NCBI GenBank assembly: GCA_040756235.1
Contig: JBFLZG010000040.1
Coordinates: 1 to 24,043 of the forward strand
DNA length: 24,043 bases
Direction of reading: 5' to 3'
Source of the DNA: a bacterium
Lineage (GTDB): Bacteria > Desulfobacterota > DSWW01
Shown here: positions 8,412 through 15,262 of the stretch, piece after piece
Numbering within the stretch: the stretch's first letter is position 1
How the letters are laid out: each line of letters begins with the position of its first letter
The notes under the pieces: model-generated
Seen by the model: only the letters and a program-made list of their open reading frames with translations
Database searches by the model: none
What the model was told of the DNA's origin: nothing
Program-made: the position numbers and the translations under genes

Positions 8412-9527
8412 TCAGGGGGTTGCGGAAATGCCGCAGCCCTCTTCGTGTTTGTTGTGTGTGAATCTGTGTGTGAATTTCTCCCGGAACCGCTCGTAAATCG
8501 ACATGGCGTCGCGCTCCGACTGGCCGATGCTGTGCAGGTAAATCTCGGTCGTCGTCCGGTTCTCGTGACCCAGGATGCGCTGGATCGTCCCGATCGGTAC
8601 GTTGTTTTGTTCCATGACGGACGCTCCGGCGTGCCTCAGCGGATGAAACCTGAAGTACCGAACTCCGGCCTTCCTGCAGAGGGTCTTCATGAATTTCTTT
8701 CTGTCCGTGTAGGGCCCTCTACATCTCTCGCCGGTCTTGGTGCTCCTGTACTCGTGCCAGAAGACCCAAGGTGCGGTCGGATCCCTCTGCGAATATCTCC
8801 GCGTGAGGACATCCCGGAGTTTCCCGGTCATCGAGATCTTTCGAGGGGTCAAGTGTCCGCCCCTCTTCTTGCGGGTATAGAGTACGACATACTCTCCCTC
8901 GAAGCTCACGTCGTCCCATGTCATCCGGTTGACCTCGCTTACACGGGCCATGGTCTCCCGAACCACCCAGAGATAGTCCTTCGTTTCTGGGTTGGCGAGC
9001 TGCATTACCTTCTCGATGTCCGCAAGATGGGGAACGTACCGGACGCGTTTATCAACCGGCAGAAAGTCGATGCCGTCGACCGGGTTTGACTGTACCCAAC
9101 CTCTCTTCTTGGCGAAGTTGAAGGTCGCCCGAAGATAGCGGATTTCCATGTTTGCGACGTGAGGTGAAACCTTGCGCCTTTCCAGCACGAACGCCTGAAC
9201 GATCTCAGGCGTGAGCTGGCTGCAATTCAGATCACCCCACCTCTTGACCCACCTCTTCGCGAGATATCGGTGATCCTTGTAATGACACTTCCCGCTGTAC
9301 GCCTTTACGTGATCCAGCCTTCGGTTGACCAATTCTAAGAAGCCCATGTCGGTTGGCGTCTCCGGAGCACTCGCCGTTTGCACCTTCGGGTTTTTCACCT
9401 CCTCTCTTTTTGCCGATTCGGCCAGTCGTGCCGCTTTCTTGGTCTCGAACCAGCTTCCCGTGTGCCGGGTTCGGTTGATCATGAAGTCGTACCGCCATCC
9501 CTTTCCCCTGACAAAATACAAGCTCAT
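8412..9527 (-). CDS. int: tyrosine recombinase/site-specific integrase
   Basis: Catalytic R (TMARVSE), K (RKKRG), HPLRH, LGH and TEIY; N-terminal arm-binding-like GWRYDF...WFETKKAA; AAGGAGG RBS before ATG 9527. Confidence 0.93.
   Translation of the reverse strand: MSLYFVRGKGWRYDFMINRTRHTGSWFETKKAARLAESAKREEVKNPKVQTASAPETPTDMGFLELVNRRLDHVKAYSGKCHYKDHRYLAKRWVKRWGDLNCSQLTPEIVQAFVLERRKVSPHVANMEIRYLRATFNFAKKRGWVQSNPVDGIDFLPVDKRVRYVPHLADIEKVMQLANPETKDYLWVVRETMARVSEVNRMTWDDVSFEGEYVVLYTRKKRGGHLTPRKISMTGKLRDVLTRRYSQRDPTAPWVFWHEYRSTKTGERCRGPYTDRKKFMKTLCRKAGVRYFRFHPLRHAGASVMEQNNVPIGTIQRILGHENRTTTEIYLHSIGQSERDAMSIYERFREKFTHRFTHNKHEEGCGISATP
8415..8450 (+). terminator. hairpin after tRNA (probable terminator, overlaps integrase 3' end)
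   Basis: GGGTTGCGG-AAATG-CCGCAGCCC stem (8417-8425/8431-8439, one G-U pair) followed by a T-rich tract. Confidence 0.5.
8453..8475. repeat. tandem 11-bp direct repeat TGTGTGTGAAT (candidate integrase arm-type sites)
   Basis: Perfect copies at 8453-8463 and 8465-8475, about 50 bp from the tRNA end. Confidence 0.55.
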
Positions 9528-9711
9528 AGAGGTCCTCCTTCGCGGGAAAGAAGAGAGAACCCCCGAGCTTCCTGCCGCCCAGTATCTGCCAGTGCTTGTA
9601 AACCCAACTCGTACTCTTGCGCAGGTACCGGGCGACCTCCTCGGGGCCCAGAATATCACGGGCACCTGGAGGTTCAAAGTCCGAATGGACCGGCCCGGCC
9701 GGGTCGTTCAT
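9232..9711 (-). CDS. excisionase-like HTH DNA-binding protein overlapping the integrase 5' end
   Basis: ILGPEEVARYLRKSTSWVYKHW...GRKLGGSLFF has the Xis/AlpA-type winged HTH pattern; lies directly upstream of int. Confidence 0.65.
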   Translation of the reverse strand: MNDPAGPVHSDFEPPGARDILGPEEVARYLRKSTSWVYKHWQILGGRKLGGSLFFPAKEDLYELVFCQGKGMAVRLHDQPNPAHGKLVRDQESGTTGRIGKKRGGEKPEGANGECSGDANRHGLLRIGQPKAGSRKGVQREVSLQGSPISREEVGQEVG

Positions 9712-9869
9712 GAGTGCCTATCCTCGTCGCCTGGAGTTTTCCAAAGCAATTTTTGGGCCGAAAGCATAAGCCACTATATCCAAATCGCTTTTTGGTAATC
9801 GAGGAGACTTCCGGTGAAGAGAGAAGGAAGGTCAAGCTGCGTTGGCAAGTCTTTTGATGAGGGGGGGCA

Positions 9870-10261
9870 GCCGGGCGCGACCCGCTCGACGTCGGTGATG
9901 TCGCCTATGTCGTTGAAGATGGTCCAGCGGAGCGAGCGCCGGCCCAGGGGGTTGTAGATGAGGTTTGTTCCGGGCCTCGCGAGCGCTCGTGATTGTAGAA
10001 CCTCGCGGTGAACTCCCCCTTGGCGCAGTGGATGATCCCCTTTTCCCCCTTTTCCATGAGCGCGGCGATAAGTGGCGCGAAGTAGGAGTAGGTCTTGCCG
10101 CTGCCGGTCGCACCCACCACGAAGAAGTGGTATGTGTCAACGTCCTTGGGGATGGGGATCTGGCCGAGCCTCAGCGTACACGTTCTTTGGAGGCCTGGAT
10201 CTTGCGTTCCCTCCTTGGGGGTGCCTTGCGGCAAACTGGGGCTGCGCCTCGCTGGTTCCAC
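9870..10261 (-). pseudogene. type IV coupling protein (TraD/TrwB) fragment
   Basis: LGQIPIP..HFFVVGATGSGKT (Walker A)..IIHCAKGEF..FY, then a frameshift to NLIYNPLGRRSLRWTIFNDI..DVERVA (TraD NP..RS..W..F motif); TM N-terminus and C-terminal part missing. Confidence 0.8.
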
Positions 10262-10269
10262 AAAGAGGC

Positions 10270-11172
10270 TTACTGCTGGGTCCAGGCGCGGGTCTGGTCC
10301 TCGGGTGTGGGTAGCCGGTTCTCCTTATAGAAACTGTTCGCCTCGGCCCGTTCCTTCTCGTCCATGCGGGGGTAGAGGGCTTCCACAACGTACTGGTTGA
10401 CCACCTCGGCGCTCTTGCGCCAGGCCTCAGCGCGACTCTCCAGCCGGCTGTTCCGCCAGGCGAACCAGCCAAAGGCGGGCAGGGCGACGAAGGCGGCAGC
10501 CAGGGCCGCCGCAAGGAATGTCTTGAGCCTAACTCTCAGATTTTCCGCCTGCAGGTTGTCGGCTACACGCAGGGTGGCGGTGGCGACCTCGTCGAGCGTC
10601 TCGGTGGTCTCCTGGGCGTATTTCCGAAACGCGACCACGATCTCTTTGGAGTTGGCGGCGAGAGTGTTCACGCTCTCCTTGACGCGCTGGCGGGCCTCGT
10701 CCAGGAACTCGGCGTTATCCCTCATGCAGTTGCGGGAGTTTTCATGGATCCAGTCGACGGTCTCGCAGGTCTGCACATGGACGGAGGAAACGAGTTTTCT
10801 TGCCTGGTCGAGTTCGCCGGCGAAGCCCGGGCTGGCGGTGGGCCGCCGTTCAGGTGGGGAGGGCCGGTCGCTCGAAGCGTGCTCGACAGGCGGGTGGGCT
10901 TGGCTTGCCGCCGGAAAGACGGTCTCGTTCTCCGGATTGGGGAGCGAGGACGCGGCAGCCTCCATTGTCACTACCGAGCCGCCCGGATCCTCGGACGGGG
11001 CGCCGTGCGTGGGACTTGTGAGGGACTGGTCGCAACAAGCCAGGACTGTTCGTTTCAGGAAAGCGCCGGGTGTGGTCTGACCGTGTGGGTCCGCCATTTT
11101 GATGGCGTCCAGTAACTTGGAGAGCTCGTCCGGGCGGAATCGGATGCTGATTATCGTTCCTCTCTCTTTCAC
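10270..11172 (-). CDS. hypothetical mobilisation-associated protein (RHH-like N-terminus, coiled coil, TM helix)
   Basis: GGAGG RBS before GTG 11172 (track start 11187); IISIRFRPDELSKL..AFLKRTVL is RHH-like; hydrophobic FLAAALAAAFVALPAFGWFAW; sits between relaxase and T4CP remnant. Confidence 0.6.
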   Translation of the reverse strand: MKERGTIISIRFRPDELSKLLDAIKMADPHGQTTPGAFLKRTVLACCDQSLTSPTHGAPSEDPGGSVVTMEAAASSLPNPENETVFPAASQAHPPVEHASSDRPSPPERRPTASPGFAGELDQARKLVSSVHVQTCETVDWIHENSRNCMRDNAEFLDEARQRVKESVNTLAANSKEIVVAFRKYAQETTETLDEVATATLRVADNLQAENLRVRLKTFLAAALAAAFVALPAFGWFAWRNSRLESRAEAWRKSAEVVNQYVVEALYPRMDEKERAEANSFYKENRLPTPEDQTRAWTQQ

Positions 11173-11196
11173 CTTAGGTCCTCCCATGGAATTGCC

Positions 11197-12435
11197 TCAC
11201 AACGCGAGTTCCCGCTCAGCGATGGTCTTGTGCCGGCAAAGGCTGTCTTTGGTAGCGACTGCCTCGGGTTTTCGTTCTCCTTTGAATGAGATCTTCTGGG
11301 CCGCACCGCCGAGTGAGTCGATCCTCAGGGAGCCGATGCCGAGCTTGAGGGCGGCGAGGAGTTCATGTTCCGGTGTCCGGATCTGGTCCTGGGTCTCGGC
11401 GCAGAGGGCCAGAGCCTTGGCGAGAAGCTCTTCCGGCGTGCACTCCCGTGGACCCGGGACGGTCGGTTCCGTGAAAGGTCTCTCAGGTAACATGGCCCGG
11501 TCTCGAAGCGTCTCCAATGGGGTGCCCAGATGCCGGGCGGTTGCTTTCCACATATCGAGGAGTTGTTCCCTGTCGACCGCATGCCTCTTCCAGAGTCGGG
11601 TGTGGACTGTGGCTCGGGCGTACACCTCTTGCTCGTCCGACAAGGCGCGGGGGCGCGATTTGAGGTAATGGGCCGCCTCCCGTTCGATTTCGTCCCGCCT
11701 CTTCGAAAAGGCTTTGATCAGGTCTTCCGGTACGCCGGCCAGTTCCCAAAACCCGTTCTCCGGGTCCGTGATTCGGACCGTGTAGCCTCGACCGGCCAGT
11801 TCAGCGGCGATTTCGTTTCTATAGATCTGTCCCAGGAGCAGGTGGTGCGTGTAAAAGGGGTTCGAAACGACAGCAGCTCTGGCCCTCCTGGTGGTGATCT
11901 GTTTTCCACGGTGGAGCGCCCTCCACTGACCGTCTTCAAGTCGGCGGGTGATGTTGAGGACGAAAGCGTGCGTGTGAAGCTGGGGATCGAGTGCCCTGGA
12001 GGTCATGTGGACGAAAAGCGCGGCGACAAGATTGCCCGTAGGGACCTCGACTTGCTTAGCGCCGGATATGATACGGGCCTGGGCGTATCGCGCCTCGGCG
12101 AAGGTAAGTGCCTTCTTCACCGCACCCGAATGGGTTTCCACGATCCTGCAGTCGGCGAGGCCCACCAGGGTGCAGGATTTGGGAGCGGAGAATGTGAGAT
12201 CGAAGCCGGCGATCCGTCTATGACCAGGGCCGCCGGCACGTACCAGCAGCGTCCCTTCGGGGGACATACCGTCCAGCAGGTTCATGAACGCTCTGTCTTC
12301 GACCTGGCCGCTGATCCCCAGGGCTTCGGCCCCCTTCCCGAACCAGGAGGCGTTTCGGTCTCCGAAGTAGGGGTCGTCCCGAAGCAGGTACTCCTGTGCG
12401 GCTCGTGGCGTCTTCGGCAGGCCGATGCTCAGCAT
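11197..12435 (-). CDS. MOBF (TrwC/TraI-type) relaxase lacking the helicase domain
   Basis: MLSI...EYL...PYF, WFGKGAEALG, GFDLTFSAPKS and HMTSRALDPQLHTH motifs; FSKRR; AAGGAG RBS before ATG 12435; 412 aa with no helicase Walker A. Confidence 0.9.
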   Translation of the reverse strand: MLSIGLPKTPRAAQEYLLRDDPYFGDRNASWFGKGAEALGISGQVEDRAFMNLLDGMSPEGTLLVRAGGPGHRRIAGFDLTFSAPKSCTLVGLADCRIVETHSGAVKKALTFAEARYAQARIISGAKQVEVPTGNLVAALFVHMTSRALDPQLHTHAFVLNITRRLEDGQWRALHRGKQITTRRARAAVVSNPFYTHHLLLGQIYRNEIAAELAGRGYTVRITDPENGFWELAGVPEDLIKAFSKRRDEIEREAAHYLKSRPRALSDEQEVYARATVHTRLWKRHAVDREQLLDMWKATARHLGTPLETLRDRAMLPERPFTEPTVPGPRECTPEELLAKALALCAETQDQIRTPEHELLAALKLGIGSLRIDSLGGAAQKISFKGERKPEAVATKDSLCRHKTIAERELAL

Positions 12436-12451
12436 CCTTTGGGCTCCTTGT

Positions 12452-13327
12452 TCAAAGCAGAGTCGGACTCTCTCCATAAACACGGGCTGGGAACGAGAGT
12501 GGTACACAAGGTTCGGACCGGCTATAGCATCCGGCCATAGCATAAGGTGTATGCCTGGGTAGCGGGCGTAAACGTGGTAGAACGTAAACACCGAGGGCGG
12601 AGCAGGGAGTGGCAATACACGGCCATGGTTCGGGGGATGGGTTCATGATTCCTCGGTGCTTCTGTTGGGCTCTGTGCCAGATGTACGGCTCCGGGTCGAT
12701 CCGTTGTCCGTCGTGGAGGATCTCGTAGTGCAGGTGCGGGCCGGTGGCCCGGCCCGTATCTCCGACCGTGCCGATGAGGTCCTCCCTGGCTACCGGATCG
12801 CCGGGTTCTACGAGGATCTCGTCCAGATGCCCGTACCGGGTAGCGAACCCTCCCGGATGCTCCAGGACGACTGTCTTCCCATGATTCCCGTCCCAGCCTG
12901 ATCGGAGCACAATCCCATCAGCGACTGCCGCGACCGGAGTTCCACGCGGGGCGGCTATGTCGATCCCCTTGTGGAATTCCGGGTACCCGGTGAAAGGGTT
13001 GGGCCTCGGGCCGGAATGTGAGCTCACGGTTCCCGGAACCGGAGGCCCCATCGGAATCCCGGATTGGCGGGCGGCTTGGAGAGAGGCCAGTGGCGTGCGG
13101 GTATCGGTGGCGGACTGCTCGAGCGCTTGGCGGATCTCCTGGAGCGAGGAGAGGATCAGGGAAAGCCGCTCGACGTCGGAGGCCTCATCATAGTACTGGA
13201 TAGTCGCACTCTCGAAAGCTTGCGCAATGTAGGTAACTGGGGGTAAGGGGACCGTGAGAAAGAGGATCAGGAGGAGAGCTTTTTGGCTCCGATCGGCGCG
13301 CAGGAAAGTGGAAAAACGCCCATCCAT
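12452..13327 (-). CDS. M23 family metallopeptidase
   Basis: HKGIDIAA, YGHL and TGRATGPHLHYE motifs; N-terminal hydrophobic segment; C-terminal ~70 aa look like read-through. Confidence 0.88.
   Translation of the reverse strand: MDGRFSTFLRADRSQKALLLILFLTVPLPPVTYIAQAFESATIQYYDEASDVERLSLILSSLQEIRQALEQSATDTRTPLASLQAARQSGIPMGPPVPGTVSSHSGPRPNPFTGYPEFHKGIDIAAPRGTPVAAVADGIVLRSGWDGNHGKTVVLEHPGGFATRYGHLDEILVEPGDPVAREDLIGTVGDTGRATGPHLHYEILHDGQRIDPEPYIWHRAQQKHRGIMNPSPEPWPCIATPCSALGVYVLPRLRPLPRHTPYAMAGCYSRSEPCVPLSFPARVYGESPTLL
12518..12555 (+). other. candidate oriT/nic site
   Basis: Directly upstream of the relaxase; tandem CCGGCTATAGCAT/CCGGCCATAGCAT; GCTAT...ATAGC inverted repeat followed by ATAAGGTGT^ATG, resembling MOBF nic sites. 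Confidence 0.45.
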
Positions 13328-13423
13328 GGTGATGGCGCATGTGCAAGAAGGATGCCTTGAGGGAACGGATCCGGAGCAAAAAGAAGAGGTGATTCAGGAA
13401 AGGTCGACCTCTGGGGCGGCACG

Positions 13424-13461
13424 CGCTCCTGCGCTTCCGGCCGGAAAGAAGCGCAGGAGCG
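13424..13461. repeat. perfect 14-bp inverted repeat
   Basis: CGCTCCTGCGCTTC / GAAGCGCAGGAGCG with 10-nt loop, intergenic. Confidence 0.7.
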
Positions 13462-13493
13462 GAAGGGGAGAGAGGGTTCTCAGCTTGACGCCG

Positions 13494-13718
13494 CTACTCC
13501 AATTCCTTGAGCCGCTCGGCGATCCAGGCTCTAATGAGGGACTGTTTGGTTACGCCCAGACGGTTGGCCTCCCTGTCGAGCTTCTCGATGACCCAAGCCG
13601 GGAAATCGACGTTGATCCTCTTGAGTCCGAGTAGCGGCTTCCTGGCCTTCGAGAGATCCAGGTCCTGAGAGACGTCTTCCCCCTTGTCAAACTTCTTGTC
13701 GAAATGGCGCGCCTTCAT
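13494..13718 (-). CDS. BrnA-like/CopG-family (RHH) antitoxin, orphan
   Basis: MKARHFDKKFDKGEDV..LDLSKARKP..KRINVDFPAWVIEKLDREANRLGVTKQSLIRAWIAERL, 74 aa; C-terminal part of track ORF 13494..14387. Confidence 0.85.
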   Translation of the reverse strand: MKARHFDKKFDKGEDVSQDLDLSKARKPLLGLKRINVDFPAWVIEKLDREANRLGVTKQSLIRAWIAERLKELE

Positions 13719-13754
13719 GAAGGGCCGTGTCCTCTCCAGGTGGGAAGCCGGCAC

Positions 13755-13796
13755 GGAACGGAATAGGAGTATCGTCCGTTCCATTCCAATGTACAA
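13755..13796 (-). promoter_or_regulatory. sigma70-like promoter with palindromic operator upstream of the antitoxin
   Basis: Minus strand TTGTAC-17 bp-GATACT; perfect 8-bp IR GGAACGGA/TCCGTTCC (13755-13762/13775-13782) flanks the -10. Confidence 0.5.
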
Positions 13797-13936
13797 CACT
13801 CGGCGATTCCCGCCGAGCCTCCCGCCGGAGGCCGCAGTCCTGACCGTACCAGGAGATAGGCTTGTCTCGGGGCAGGGCGCTGAACCGCGGAGCAGGCCCC
13901 CGGCGCCGGTCCGCCGGGAGGCCCTGAGCGTCGGCT

Positions 13937-14329
13937 CTAGAAGGGGATGTCGCTGTCCCTGACCGGCGGCGGCTCGCTGGCAGGGGTGGAAGCGTTCTTC
14001 CCGTTGCCGCCGAGGAACTGCACGGAGCCGGCGACGATCTCGGTGACGGACCTCTTGTCGCCGTCCTTCTCCCAGGTCTGGGTCTGGAGCCTTCCCTCGA
14101 CGTAGACGGTTCGGCCCTTGGCCAGGTGCTGCCCGCAGATCTCCGCGAGCTTCCCGAACGCGATCACCCGGTGCCACTCGGTCCTCTCGGCCTTCTCGCC
14201 CTCGTTGGTGTTCCAGCGCTCGTTGGTGGCGACCGACAGGGTGGCGACCGCGGTGCCGGCCTGCGTGTGCCGGATCTCCGGATCCCTGCCAAGATTCCCG
14301 ATCAGCATGACTTTGTTCAGGCTCGCCAT
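13937..14329 (-). CDS. ssb: single-stranded DNA-binding protein
   Basis: LNKVMLIGNLGRDPE, TEWHRV, VYVEGRLQT and C-terminal DIPF; AAAGGAG RBS. Confidence 0.97.
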   Translation of the reverse strand: MASLNKVMLIGNLGRDPEIRHTQAGTAVATLSVATNERWNTNEGEKAERTEWHRVIAFGKLAEICGQHLAKGRTVYVEGRLQTQTWEKDGDKRSVTEIVAGSVQFLGGNGKNASTPASEPPPVRDSDIPF

Positions 14330-14364
14330 GACGGACTCCTTTCATTCGAGGAAGTTGTTCCGGT

Positions 14365-14407
14365 AGGTCAAACGCTTGACCTTTCACTGGAAGAAAAGGT
14401 CAAGCGT
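14365..14407. repeat. 13-bp perfect inverted repeat plus third half-site upstream of ssb
   Basis: ACGCTTGACCTTT (14372-14384) / AAAGGTCAAGCGT (14395-14407); extra AGGTCAA at 14365-14371. Confidence 0.7.
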
Positions 14408-14565
14408 GCAGCGTCGCACGATCCAAGTCGCGGTAGAGGACATGTCCACGTCTGGATGATGGGAGTATAGTCCCCGGTACCCCTTCCATTCGGGTGTTCA
14501 GTCCTGCAAGAGCGAAGCCACCGTGTATGCGGGGCCTTTTTCTGGAGACTCATGCGGCCTGCTGA

Positions 14566-15007
14566 TCACCGAGAATCGATCAGAGAATGCTCCTGGAAGC
14601 TGAAGAAGGTGCCGTCCGGAGCGACAACGATATGGTCCAAGACCTCGATCCCGAGGAGCTTGCCTGCCTGGAAAAGCCGATCGGTCAGGACCCGGTCCTC
14701 GGAAGGAGTGACTTCGCCGGAGGGGTGGTGACTCAGGATGAGCTTCTCCGCATTGGCCAGAATGGCAGGTTCACGGCCCAGGACAACGGCCTGGTTCAGC
14801 GATCCCAGAGACACGAGGTTGATTCCGATGAGCTTGAGCTTGGTATCCAGAAGGGCCACGGCGAACCCTTCGCGGTGGAATCCTGCGAGGAAGCATGCGA
14901 ACACCCTGGCGGCAGCGTCAGCCCTGCGGAGCGCATAATGGGGGCCGGCGCGCTCCCGTACCAGCACGACCTTGTAGACAGGGGCAGGGGCCTTCTCGGC
15001 AGGACAT
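14566..15007 (-). pseudogene. radC: RadC/JAB-domain protein, degenerate
   Basis: VYKVVLVRE, VSLGSLN, AGKLLGIEVLDHIVV; JAB motif eroded (HHPSG for HNHPSG, PSED, GREPA); the RBS-supported ATG at 15007 is out of frame with the body. Confidence 0.8.
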
Positions 15008-15262
15008 GATGACTTCTCCTTATCTGGAGAGGGTTCGCGATTACACCAGCGAGCGAAGTGCCATGCTGGTCATGGGGCAGGTCCTCCTTTGCAGCCTTGG
15101 GCGGAAGAAGCGACTCTTGGCCTCTCGCCCCACCGGAGAGGCCAGAAGGAGTGCGGACAGGATGTAATCGTCAGATAAACGTCAGAGAATTGAGCCAATC
15201 GTCAGAGGAAGGCTCGGGCGGGAGGTCGTCGGCGCGACCGGGCCGCCCGCGAGCGTCCTCAC

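Noticed and set aside
13719..14387. Long N-terminus on the antitoxin (297-aa track ORF)
   Set aside because: Off-frame over ssb and intergenic DNA
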